The position numbers and the translations under genes were made by a program. A DNA stretch of 64,000 nucleotides from Yuukianura sp. NJ FZ-2021 (Eukaryota). The DNA lies in NCBI GenBank assembly GCA_046563655.1, contig CM102285.1, positions 3,658,001-3,722,000 on the forward strand, in the 5' to 3' direction. Under the pieces are notes generated by a model. The model did not search any database. It had not been told where the DNA came from and worked only from the letters and a program-made list of their open reading frames with translations. Positions 26,254-39,353 of the stretch are shown here, piece after piece. The first letter of the stretch is position 1. Each line of letters opens with the position of its first letter.

Positions 26254-26744
26254 GCTGTGCGACATGTTGCGGTTTTTGGACAATAATGGTACTTAAGTTG
26301 GGTTAACGTTCTTACATTGTTGATTGAGAATTCAAGGTACATTTGTATTCAAAGGTTGTGTAATTCCAGAAAGAATTGTAGTAAGTAGTTTGCGTTGATT
26401 TCCTTTTCAGTTCATTGAATCATTCTATGCGTTTTCTCATTGTATCGAACAGTATCCTGCTCATCAACTCTTTTACATAAACTGAGATTTTTAAAAATTT
26501 TAATGAAGCAGTAATTGGCAAAGTATCATGTCACGTAAGTTTATGAATGGACAGTTCACGGACATGGAGAGTAGCATCATGCAAATTTGTATCAGCCCAC
26601 CAAACAGAGCAAATCTTTTATCATCTAGACTATTTTTGCGTAATAGTTAAAATCAAAAAGATTGAAAAAAAAAGCTGAAATATAAAACGAAAGACACGAA
26701 GTAAAAGAAACTGGAGTGGCTTCGATTGGAAAACGTCTCTCATC

Positions 26745-28442
26745 ATGACGTTAGAAAATTCCAGTGGTAGTGTACTACCTGCTGAAAGTGATTTTCAGCC
26801 AGAAGGAGAAGTCAAGATTACGAGTGCTGCCAACACAAACGACAACAATTTAGCCAACATTGAAGGTGAAACATCAAGATCGTTGTCCGCGTATGCTGGG
26901 ATTCTTTTGACTCTCGTTGCGAGTTTATTTTTCTCTATTGCAGTAAGTATAACGCCAGGTTTTTCTAAAAATTTCTTTTAAAAAACACTTTATAATACCT
27001 AATTGTTTCTTCGATGTTTTCTAGACTTTGATCGTCAAAGTTCTAAACGATGAAAAGCATGGATTCCATTCATTTGCTAGTTCATTTTGGCGGTACCTCG
27101 GTGTTGCGGTACCCTCACTTCCGATACTAATTTTTATGGAACGGAAACGACAGCAGGAGAAGAAAGACTCCATCTTTACCCCCGTATGGCCACTGTTCAG
27201 CGGTGGACGTAACCAAATTTCTGCAAAGTGGTACACTGTCATAGGCTTGCTGGTAAGGTCAACCTCATTAAATATTGAAAGTCACAAAATGTTAACTTAC
27301 TCTAAAGTTTGAAATTTTAAAGATAAGAGGCGTTTTGGGAGCTTCGGCGGTCATACTACGCTACCATTCCCTGCATTACCTCAACATTGCGGACGCAACT
27401 GTATTATCTTATTCGACGCCGATTCTCGTGACGGTATTGGCCTATTTTTGTCTCGGTGAGAAACTGGGAGTTATTCCAGTAGTTGGAATTTTCTTAAGTC
27501 TTGTCGGTGTTATCGTCATGACTCGACCTCCGTTCATCACAGGAGCAGAGAGTTACGACTCAGAACATTTGGTAAGTGAATTAAAATAGATTCAAGAATC
27601 TGAAAACGGAAATTGAAAAAAAAGCGTAGTTAGTCGAAGACATTGAATTTATCGGTTTTTGACAGATTGGAATAGCTATAGCACTGGGTTCACTCGTTTG
27701 TTCCTCCTTGGTGGTCATCCTCACGAGACAAATTATTCACAAAGTTCACTACTCACTGATGACTCTAGCATTTGGTTGTATTGGATGTTTCCTAGCGTTA
27801 GCACTAGCGTACGGCTTTAACGTTTTCAAATTTCCCGCAACTTTGTACCAATGCTCATTAATTGGCGGGCTGATGGGTCTATCGTTTCTAGGACAATTGT
27901 CAATGACATTGGCACTTAAATTTGAACAGGTAAAGTTTTATGTAAACGTTTGCTTAGAAAAACAATATGCTGATACAATACAACCATACTTTTTGCTAAT
28001 GCTTTCTAGGCTGGACCAGTTTCCATAATTCGATCTTGTGATGTTATTTTTGGTAAGAAGTAGTGGTCAACAAATATTGGCAAAACTATCAAATACGATT
28101 TTATACTAATTTGTTTGAATACAGCTTTTGCTCTACAAATTATATTCCTTGGCGTCACTCCCGATGAGTTGAGGTACAATGCGTAATAATACTAGTATAC
28201 AGCTTTCCAAAATAGTAAATATACCACACATATACTTTTAAAACAATACAGAGTGCTAGTCTAAATGGTTCTTGTAATGTTCTTCTTTTTGAAATATTCC
28301 ATTGTTCTTATTTTTTTACTTTAGCATTTTGGGTGGAATCGCAATTGCGTCTGTGATTTCCCTCATTGGAATTCGTAAATGGTTGATAACTCTGGATGAG
28401 CGGGATTCGATACGACGAAAACTCCGGTTCTTCCTGCTCTAA
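26745..28442 (+). CDS. SLC35G1: EamA/DMT transporter, SLC35G1-like; exons 26745-26942, 27025-27252, 27323-27571, 27666-27929, 28010-28052, 28125-28173, 28325-28442
   Basis: Many TM helices, with motifs IRGVLG..YLNIADATVLSYSTPILVTVLAYFCLGEK and ALKFEQAGPVSIIRSCDVIFAFALQ. Intron phases are consistent. Confidence 0.8.
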
Positions 28443-28756
28443 ATTTAACCCCAGTTTAATCTTATTTTTGTTTACTCCAGTTTAAAATATTCAAAATATT
28501 TTCATGCTATTTACATAACATCTACTAAATATTTACACTATACAGACCTAACATTTACATTATATTTATACGGCTAACTATTTATATTTATATAAGCTTG
28601 TTTATTAGTATAAACAAGCTTTCCTGCGAAAGGTTGTTTATACTAGTATGTAATGCACGGTATTTGGGAATAAGAAAAATTTTTGGTTGATTTTACTTGA
28701 GAATAAACAAAGTATCTCTAAGAAGTTCTCAAACATGCCTCAATATCGTGAATTTC

Positions 28757-30058
28757 GGGCGGGCGAGTAGCTCAGTGGTTTAGGCTCCCATCCTTTTCCA
28801 CTGTCTACCTGAGATTGTATGCTAAGCCTATGAAAAAGTCAACGCAGGGAGATGGACTCGATCCGTCGTCCTGCCGCGTCAAGTAATAGTATGCAAGGCA
28901 GCAGTCCCTCGCAAGATTATAATATGTTGATGAGCGGAGGCAATTCGTCTGTCTTATGAGAAATAAGATAATTTAAATACGAAATGCCAGAAGCTCGAGG
29001 TGGAGGCAGTTTCTCGCTCTTTTCCTGTCCTTCCCCTCTCAGACTGCTGAATACCCAGTGAAAGAAATAGAGGTGGTAGCCTGCAGGTAAACCTGCGCAG
29101 GTTGCAGGCCAACCTGCAGCCCGTGCAGGCGGGCTCAACCTGCGGTGGATTTTTGCAGGCTGCAGGCGTGCAGGTTTTCATTTGGAAATGTTGCAGGCGG
29201 GCGGGTTCAGCCTGCAATGCTCTGCAGGCGCCTGCATTTGGCCTGCAGCCTGCGGGTTGTGATTTTTGAGAGATTTATTCTCAGAAACTTCAAGAAAAGA
29301 TAGAAACGAATAGAAAAACTACTTTGGAATGTTGAAGAATTAAAGTCAATGGAACTATGCAAACTTTTTGCTGCACATTAGTTGCACTATAGGGCCTTTA
29401 AACAATAAATAATGGAATCCTGAGGCAGAAGGTTAAGTAAAGTTGGCGTTACACTTGCCCGTGTAGACAACGCAAGATTTGACAGTATAACTTTTGCGGA
29501 TTTTTTTTATGTGCAAGGATCAAGAATTTTTAAAAGTTAAACAAACCAAAAGTAAGGCAGCAGTGTCGTAAAACAATTTATTACTAAGAATTTTTCTCCA
29601 TACCTGTTTGGAAAGGACAACCGACAGATAATCGAGGGTGATTGAGTAATTGCCATTATACGCAAACGAATTTACGCAGTAGTTGTAAGTGTCTACTAAA
29701 ATTTTCGCAGATTACAGTTCGTATAAAAAAAATTGCAGGCTAACTGCAGGCAGCCTGCGCAGGCTGCAGGCTGGCCTGCCGAAGAGCCTTGCAGGTGCAG
29801 GCGTGCAGGCTGCCGATTTTCGATAATTTTGCAGGCTGCAGGCGTGCAGGCTAAAAATTCCTGCAGTGCAGGCGGGGCAGGTTGGGGAAAATAGTTGCAG
29901 GCTACCACCTCTGGAAAGAAATGATAACCGGTTAAAGGCAGCCCGAACTCAAACAGTATGTCCCTAATGGAGTTACTGAAATAGGCCCGTCTAAGTGCGC
30001 CTCATCGGTGCGGGCTAAGCCTCGGCGTAGCCCCCTCCTGAAAAACATACATACATAC
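28757..30058 (+). mobile_element. tRNA-derived SINE with (CATA)n tail, interrupted by a hAT MITE
   Basis: A-box-like tagctcagtgg at the 5' end, B-box-like ggactcgatcc near 28855, 3' catacatacatacat tail, and 12-bp TSD atcgtgaatttc (28745-28756, 30059-30070). Confidence 0.75.
29068..29913. mobile_element. hAT-type MITE nested in the SINE
   Basis: TIR (t/c)agaggtggtagcctgca. 8-bp TSD gaaagaaa (29060-29067, 29914-29921). gcagg/cctgc subterminal repeats. Confidence 0.9.
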
Positions 30059-31082
30059 ATCGTGAATTTCAAAAGTTAAAAACTCACATTTTAACCAGAT
30101 TTCCTAACCTTGTAGTCGATTTAATTTCTACATAGTTAACTTTGAAGTTCTTGAATTTGAAACCACTCGTGTATCACTCACAGGAGAATTCGTATGGAAA
30201 TCCCGTGAAATTCTTAAACCAAACCCACGACGTAGTTTTTGTTTCTAGCCTAACTCCAAGCTAGGTTAGAAATTAGTATGTCTACGTGTAGTAATTAACT
30301 AGTAACAAGTGTACTGACACAATTTGCCAAAAAGCCCTTTGAAAATGCAGGAAATTCAGTGCCAATTTGATAGGCACCAGACCATGGCAATAATGCTTAG
30401 ATTTGATAAATTAACACTAGGTTAAAACCGTTTCGAGTAGAGGTTAGCATATTTGCCGACGTTTAATAAAAATCTTCAGTTTTTAACGAAAACATTAGTT
30501 TTTGTTCCTTTTCTCGACATTTTTCAGATAAGACACGTCTTATAGGCGCAAAAATACGGTAGTAATTTTATGGTCACACCGGATGCAACGTGTCCTTAGC
30601 GCAATGCATAATTCATGTTGGAAATCTGGTTAGGGTACGCCTGTACTGTTTCTGTTGTAATCCGTCGGTGTGTCGACAGCAGCCGCCATCCACTCAACCA
30701 TCTAGTTCTGTAATTCGTAGTTGTAATCAAAGGTTTTTTTTTAAAACAACCATTATAATACTGTAACCACTCGTTTATTGAAAAAGGTTGGGGATTGATT
30801 CGTTTCAAAATGTATGATTAGAAAGTGTTTACAATCAATTCGATTTGGTCCACATAAACCGTGATCTTGAATTTCACATATGCTGCGGTACTTGTAGTGT
30901 ATCTGCTATTTACGTGGAATAGTCAATCCAAACATATTGTGGCTTCAATTTGTTTTGTTTATCAATTTATATTTACTGTAAACGCGGAACGTTTGTTTCA
31001 ACGTAAGTTTAAGCGGTATAGTGACTCGGTTTTTAGTTTTTTGGGTAGTTATCAGTAACAAGCTCATTTAAACGATCCGGAG

Positions 31083-32183
31083 ATGGCCAGGAATAGCGAG
31101 AAAGCAATGTATGTCTACGATACCTTTTCACATTTTACTCGGTTACTAGGTTAAGGTAAAGCTTGTTTGGGTTATGTACGATGATGTACGAATGTTATAA
31201 CTCGTCGTCGTCACATTAACGTTTCTGTAATAAAATACTAGGACTACCCTTGCGCGATGGCATCAAATGAAACTGGACGAGGAACGTGGGGGACCAAAGG
31301 AAGAGCGGCGTCCATACCTTTCTACGCTTTGCGACAATTTACGTGATGCCGAAAAATGGAGAATGACAATAATCCGTGATATTGCCAAGAAAGTCAGTCA
31401 AATTCAAAATGCTGGATTAGGGGAATTCAAACTCAGGGACTTGAATGACGAAATCAACAAATTGTTGCGGGAAAAGGTAATTAAACCGATGTGACATTTT
31501 TCTTAGCTTCTAGTACGCTTCCCTGTTTGATATTTCATTTATTTGGCATTCATATTTTGATAGGGTCATTGGGAACGCAGAATCCGACAGCTCGGTGGTC
31601 CGGATTACCCGAAATACGGTCCTCGTATGCTTGATAATGAAGGCAAAGAGATTCCTGGAACCAGAGGCTACAAGTATTTTGGTGCTGCTAGAGATTTACC
31701 AGGTGAGACTTGGTCTGGCCAGTCAATTAGCTGAGTTATTGAATATGTTTTAGTATCTTTATAATTCTTGAAGGTGTTCGAGAACTGTTTGAACCTGAAC
31801 TTCCCGGTCCTACACGGAAGACGCGCGGCGAATTGATGAGAGACGTGGATGCTGATTACTATGGATATCGAGATGATGACGATGGGATGCTGGAACCACT
31901 GGAGCGTGAAGCAGAAATTAAGGCTATCGAAAAGATAGAAGAAGCTCTTAGGCAAAAACTAGAACAGAAGGGTAAAACGCTCATAGAAGTCGACGAAGAT
32001 GCTGACGACGTTGCAAAGCCCGCTGTTGAGGTCGTTAAGAATTACTTTGTGCAAGTACCCACTCAAGACGACATTGAAAAGAGGATCATTGACCACAAAA
32101 AGCGTAAGCTATTAGAAATGTATGTAAGCCCAGATATAGTGGAGAAGGAAACGGAGTCTAGAGAGTTGTTGGGTTTAAAGTAA
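31083..32183 (+). CDS. ISY1: Pre-mRNA splicing factor ISY1; exons 31083-31108, 31242-31476, 31564-31702, 31774-32183
   Basis: MARNSEKAMTTLARW..ERRPYL..AEKWR..IQNAGLGEFKLRDLNDEINKLLREKGHWE..GYKYFGAARDLPGVRELF..DADYYGYRDDDDG. Confidence 0.95.
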
Positions 32184-32510
32184 ATTCACCTTTGATATAA
32201 AATTGTACCCAAACAACCAAAAACCCAAAGTACTGTTAAAGTTGTTGCATTTCTTCCCAAGGCTTTGTGGAAACAGTACACCAATTGTACTGGGAAAAAA
32301 TTATTTTCAGATAGATAACCAGTAAATAGTTTACTTTTTTCAACTTCTTTGATCACTAAACTAATAAGTACCTACCCTAGCAGTTTTTATATTCATTTTA
32401 AAGTCAATAAAACTGACACTTATCCCACTGGCACTGTGAATCTCATTTTCTTACGCTGAATTGATTTAGAAATTAAGATTTTATAGTTTGAGCTCAACAA
32501 GCGTTGGGTG

Positions 32511-35427
32511 TTAGAAAGTTGGCACGCGTGGTTTGACAAGAGCGTGGAAAGGCTGTGGACTCAGCGTGAATCCAATCAGAGGCTCAGTGCTGGGCAGAGG
32601 GTGCGACGGCGCTTGCTCGAAAGTGAACTTCTGGAACATCGTCGTGACGAACGTGAATATTGACGCCTTTGCTAACTGCTCACCCAGACACATCCGTTTT
32701 CCTGTATCAACAATATCGGTTAAGTGTGGAACGGAATTCTACCAGAGATTTCCGTAACCACCTGATGGTGATTGTTATGAATGAAACTATCGTTAAGCCA
32801 TTTAAATATATCGACTTTCCAACGGAACTGCTTGGTCTGGTTACAAATACAAGGTTTGTGTAGTCCACGAAATGTTCGTTACACAACAGCGATTTAGCGA
32901 GGTTTACACCCAGGCGAACGCGAATACATCAATTAAACCACAGTATTTTTTACCGCCAACTTCCCTAAAGCTTTTAAATGCATCGATTTTTTAAAATGCA
33001 ACTACTTGATCTAGTTACAAATACAGGGCTTGTAGGGCCCATGAAAAGATGGTTACACTTACACTACTGCGAATGGAATGCAATTCCGTTTTACCGCATA
33101 GCCCAACGTCAACACATCAATTACATTACTATCACGTACTTTGGCTACTATTTTTACCGCCAAATTTAAAAACAAGTCCTCACCTGCTCCAAACGTCAGA
33201 ATTTTGTCGGCATTGACCACTTGACCCTTGGGGTTAAGAAATCGGTCAGGTCGAAAAGCCAATGGATCACCCCACATCTTCTCACTCATGTGCATAGCGT
33301 GTAGGTTGATCATAGCAGCACACCCCTTTATAATGAAAATTCGTCAACACAAACATGAGACTGCCATTTCCACCAATCAGTGTTCTGATTGGTGGAATGT
33401 AACGTTGGATCTCGGTAGACTTGCCTTAGGAATTGTGTAGCCACGGAGTGTAGTTTCTTTCACTGGAGCACGGACGTCAATCGGAATTACAGTCGCATGT
33501 CTACAACGAAAAAGAAGCATAACAGTGCCCTCTATCTTTGATTCTTTTGTCCGAAGTACATAACTACTGTGTTACCTCTGTATTTCCAAAATAGTGGCTT
33601 CGCAATAAGGCATTCTGTAATGACAATTTTTTTTCACTGAATGTGTCACGGTTAAGTCAAGGATAAGTAAATCATGTTACTTGGGTTTGTCTGAAATGCA
33701 GGGACAACGTTTGAAACCTACTACGGCATCAATCTCAGCCTGTACTTTTTTCTGTACTTCGGGATACTTTATCAAGTAGAAAAAGGCAAATTCAATTGAG
33801 TTTGCTGTCGTCTCGGAACCTGTTCATTTCGTTTTCAATATACAAAATACAAGTTAACATGCAGCATATCAGATAAAAATCTTTTTAAAAACCAACCTGC
33901 CGTGAACAAGTCCATGGTGACTGTCACGAATTGTTCATCTGAAATCAGTTAATTCAGAACTTTGTTTATAAGAATATGGGGAAGCACGGCTTCGTCGGAA
34001 TTTGAAACGGAAATTCTTTATGTTGTAAAATTCTTAATTATAAAACTATGGGGTGAATTCATTTATTTTGAAATATCTAGTATGTGAATTAATTTCTTCC
34101 GAAATTTTAAGCTGAGTTTGCTTTTTGAAAATTTTGCCTGAATTCATTTTTTGTGAAATTCTTACTTAAATGTATATTTTGTGTACTTACCAGTGTAAAC
34201 GTTAGTTTCAGGGTTATCTTCTCGGTGTGCGTCAATTTGAGATAGAAAAACGTCAACGTAGTCGCGCTGTTCCGTTACATAACCTCCCTCAGCTCGACGT
34301 TCGTCCAATGTATTCTACGGCAATAATACGTTTAATTCCTACGGCTTAGTAAATTTAAAATCTTGGATACGCTGCATAGAATAAAAAAGTATAACCTGGA
34401 AAAAAGATTGTAGCCGATGTACGTTCTCAGCCATGCGAACGTCGTATGTCGAAAATAGCGGCATTATTTTGGCCAAGAACGGGAATGCGGAGTACAAGTA
34501 CACTGGGGACGTCAATTCTCCAATGGAATTCATCCTCGCTTCTTCTGCAATTACACTGAGCAATTGTTTCAATTTTTTGTCGTCATGACAGAACCGTCTT
34601 CCGGCAATCATGGACCAGAGAACATTAAGTACTGACACGGTAAAGAGTTGCTTCATGGCTACAATTCCGCCTTCACCAATGTCACTCTGGAGTCGACTTG
34701 TCAAATCCACTAATTCCTCCTCTAACACGCTCTTCATGCTTTTCTGTTTCCCAAAACCAAAGTCCCGCAGCGTCCTCATGCTGAATCTTCGCATTTCCTT
34801 CCACACTGGGCCACTAATCATTGTAACTCCTGTCAATTTTTTTGTTAATTAATTTTGTTAATCTAACTCAACGTAAGAAGCATTCATTTGAAATTAATCA
34901 AGGTGCAAATAAATTTGTTTTTCTGACCTAGAATCTTTCCGTAGGATTTCTTGGTCATCCACTTGCTGTAGTAGCGGTCAACCCAGACGTCGTCGGTGAG
35001 CACTTCCTTGATGATGTCGTAGTCCTCCAGTATAACTGGAATAGAACAAATGTGTTAAAGTAAAAATTATTTGCGCCAACCGAACCAAAAACTACCGGTG
35101 AATGACAGTCAAATAACAAGCGTCAAATTTAAAAAAAACGGGGTCAGAACGAAAAACTTGAAAGACTAAAGAAACTGGATTTTGTTTGCACTTAGACTGA
35201 CTTTGGTATATGACGCCCAATTGGATGAACGTGATTGGTCCGTATCTGGCTGACAGTTCATGGAATGTTGCAAACGGCGTGTCCTTCTTCCACAAACCAA
35301 ATTGGACTACGTTCCCAATTCCAGGAAGTCTCCATGGTCCAGGCGGAAGATTCTTCGGTAACCTAGTTCTAAGTTTAAAACAAATTAGAGAAAAGATGGC
35401 TACCAGGATGAGAACTACGTTCAACAT
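32511..35427 (-). CDS. Cytochrome P450, CYP2 clan (CYP15/303-305-like), copy A; 10 exons
   Basis: N-terminal anchor plus LPPGP, WKEMR, AGSETT, EIQR, FRPDRF and the heme motif FGAGKRMCLG. The frame is intact if intron 33326-33424 is GC-AG. Confidence 0.92.
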
Positions 35428-36447
35428 TCCAAGCGGTCGGATGCACTTTGTGTCGGTAAATATTGTCGACGGATAAAGTGAATTGGAAAAGCAGTGCTGT
35501 CCCAGTTGTGGATTGAAGCCTGTTTTTCTATCTTCCACTTCTTTTATATTGGGAAGCGCAGAGAGTCATACGAAGTATGACCATATTACTATAATTACGT
35601 CCGCTGGGCTATTACTACATCAGTTTCCATTAAATTAAAAGTAAAAACATCAAAGGAAATTTATATTAGTTTCAAGTCGAGATCGTGGGACTAATCTGAT
35701 AGGGTTATTCTATATCGTTATATCGTAAATCAGGTTACGTTGGATTGACGTACATTTTAACATTGACTAATTAATGACGGCCTAATTACTTTAAATATTT
35801 TGAACCGATAGAGCGTCATTGGCGTAATACGTCAACGTTGGATGTTGAAAAATTGGAGATAATTTCATCCAGTTGGCCAAATACTGGATTATGCACTTTA
35901 TGACCGTGGTATAATTCCCAACATATCATCGCTTTAGATCAGTGTATCATCAAGATCACTCGGAATGAAGTACCTAGTAGTTTTGTAGAAGTCGAAGTTT
36001 CCAGAAGGAGATGGTTTGCCATGAGCTATATAAAATTACATTTTGGTTCTAGGAACATAAAATGTGGAACGAGACGAACACTTCTACATTGTAGGTTTGA
36101 AATTCAGGACATATTAATTTTTTTTTGCCTGGTTCGAAAATTCTAATTAGTACACATATAAATTATATCATATGTGTTGCGCTGGACATGGGCGTCGCCC
36201 AAAATAATATTGTGTAACAACAAAAACCTTGTATGCTCTTACTATACAAATGACAAGAAAAGCTAAGGAGAAGAGCTCCGTTCAGGATAAGGTTTTTATT
36301 GAGACTGCTTGTAGCTATACATATTTTCACTTATCCAAGCAATTTTTGTGTTTATGTTAAAATCAATAAAAGTGACACTTATCACCATATCACCTTGGTC
36401 CGATTGAAATTAAGATTTTATAGTTTGAGCTCAACAAGCGTTGGGTG

Positions 36448-39353
36448 TTAGAAAGTTGGCACGCGTGGTTTGACGAGAGCGTGGAAAGGCTGTGGACTCA
36501 GCGTGAATCCAATCAGAGGCTCAGTACTGGGCAGAGGGTGCGACGGCGCTTGCTCGAAAGTGAACTTCTGGAACATCGTCGTGACGAACGTGAATATTGA
36601 TGCCTTTGCTAACTGCTCACCCAGGCAAACCCGTTTTCCTGTATCAACAATAATTCTATGGTTAAATAATCGGTTAAATAACTTAACAGAATTCTATCAT
36701 AAATATTTATGTAACCACCGCCATATCTGCAACCACTTGATGTTGTTGGTTTATATAACTATGGGATAGTGATGTGTTCCCTTAAAGCTTTTCAATACAT
36801 CGAGTTTCTAAATCGAATTACTTGATATCGCTACAAATACAGGTATGCATAGCCCACGAAAAGATGGTTACGCTTAAACTACTTCGAATGGAATTTCGTT
36901 TTACCCCAGCCGAAGGGCAACACATGAATTATATTGCAAGCACATACTTTGGCTACTATTTCTACCGCCAAATTTAAAAATAAGTCCTCACCAGCTCCAA
37001 ACGGCATAATTTTGTCGGCATTGACCACTTGACCCTTGGGGTTAAGAAATCGGTCAGGTCGAAAAGCCAATGGATCACCCCACATCTTCTCACTCATATG
37101 CATTGCATGTAGGTTGATCACAGCAGCACATCCCTTTAATAACGGAAATTCGTCAACACTAACATAAAACCACTATTTCCACCACCGAATCTTCTGATTG
37201 GTGGAATGCAAACATTTGACCTCAGTAAAGCTTGCCTGAGGAATTGTGTAGCCTCGCAGTGTAGTTTCTTTCACTGGAGCACGAATGTCAATCGGGACTA
37301 CATTCGCATGTCTACAATAATTAAAAAACATAATTGGTCAAATAAACTCAAATTAAATTCTGCGCCCTCTACTTTTGATTTTTTTCTGTCCGAGGAAGAT
37401 ACTGATACTACTGGCTTACCTCTGTATTTCCAAAATAGTGGCTTCGCAATACGGCATTCTGCAATGACAAAAATTGTTTTCGTTGAATGTGACACGACAG
37501 TCATTGACACGGTTATGTCAAGGTTAGCGTAAATGATATTACTTGGGCTTGTCTGAAATGCAGGGAGCACGTTTGTAACCTACTACGGCATCAATCTCAG
37601 CCTGCACTTTTCTCTGCACCTCGGGATTCTTCATCAAATAGAAAATTGCAAATTCAAGTGTGTTGCTTGTCGTTTCGGAACCTGTTCGTTTTGTTTTCAA
37701 CATAAGTCACATTAATAGATTTTTATTTCATCTTTTATTAAAAACCAACCTGCCATGAACAAATCCATGGTGACCGTCACGAACTGCTCATCTGAAATCA
37801 GTCATGTCAAAACCATGTTTATAAGAATAGGCGGAAGTACAGTTTTCTCAGAAGTTAAAGCGGAAACTCTTTTGCGGAATTAATTAGTAATTTCATGTGA
37901 AATTCTTCAAATCACGTGAAATGTAAATTTTAGTTCTGAAATTCGCATTTATTCATAAATGCTTGGATGAGTTCATCTCTTGAATTTTCTTTTTATGAAT
38001 TCACTTGTTTTTTTTTTTGTTTTTTTTGTTTGTTTGTTTGTTTTTTTTTTTTTGTAAAATTGCTTGGTGAACTTGCGTCTTATGTTGTATATTGCTTACC
38101 AGTGTAAAGGTTAGTTTCTGGGTCATCGTTCTTGTGTGCATCAATTTGGCACAGAAAAACGTCAATGTAGTCGCGCTGTTCCGTTACATAACCTCCCTCA
38201 GCTCGGCGTTCCTCCAACGTTGTCTGAAAATAGTCATGCGTGTACTAGCTACGGTTTTAGCAAGTTTGAAGTCTTAAATGAGTTAAACGGCTTCGAGCCA
38301 CATCACTATATTTACAAAAATTATTTTTTAAATATACCTGGAAGAAAGTTTGTAGTCGGTCTAAGTTCTCAGCCAAACGAATTTCGTGTGTCGAAAAGAG
38401 CGGCATAATGTTGGCCAGGAACGGAAATGAGGAGTACAAGTACAATGGGGACGTCAATTCTCCAATGGGATTGTTCCTCACTTCTTCTTCAATTACAGTG
38501 AGCAATTGCTTCAATTTTTTGTCGTCATGACAGAACCTTCTTCCGGCAATCATGGACCAGAGAACATTAAGTACTGACACGGTAAATAGTTGCTTCATGG
38601 CTACAATTCCACCTTCACCAATGTCACTCTCGAGTCGACTCGTCAAATCAAGTACCTCCGCCTCCAATTCGGTCTCCATGCTCTTCTGCTTCCCAAATCC
38701 AAAGTCCCGCAGTGTTCTCATGCTAAATCTTCGCATTTCCTTCCACACTGGGCCACTAATCATCAGAACTCCTGTCAAATTTTTTTGTTAATTAATCTAT
38801 CTCAAGGTGAAAAACATTATGTAGTTTTTCAGTTAATCAAGGTGCCAATAAATTTGTTTTTGTCTGACCTAGAATCTTGCCGTAGGATCTGTTCGCCATC
38901 CACTTGCTGTAGTAGCGGTCAACCCAGACGTCGTCCGTGAGCACTTCCTTGATGATGTCGTAGTCCTCCAGTATAACTAGAATGGAACAAGGTTTTAGCA
39001 TACCAATTGTTTGCACATCAAAGCAAGCCAAAAACTAACACTTCATGAAAAAAAAAAGCGCCAAATTTAAAAAAAAAATACGAAAAACGCTGGAAATACT
39101 TGACATTTTGTTGGCAGTTGCACTGACCTTGGTAGATGACGCCCAATTGGATGAACGTGATTGGTCCGTACCTGGCTGAAACTTCATGGAATGTTGCAAA
39201 TGGCGTCTCCTTCTGCCACAGACCGAGTTGAACCAAGTTCCCGATTACAGGAAGTCGCCATGGTCCAGGCGGAAGATTCTTCGGCAAGTGGGCTTTAAAT
39301 TTGAAGCAAATTAGGAAGAAGATGCCTGCGAGGATTAGGATTTCGTTCAACAT
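36448..39353 (-). CDS. Cytochrome P450, CYP2 clan, copy B; 10 exons
   Basis: Same exon structure and motifs as copy A (FGAGKRVCLG). GC-AG intron at 37134-37235. Confidence 0.92.

Noticed and set aside
28757-28880. Functional tRNA gene
   Set aside because: I could not fold a clean cloverleaf, and it heads an element with a TSD and simple-repeat tail, so a SINE fits better.
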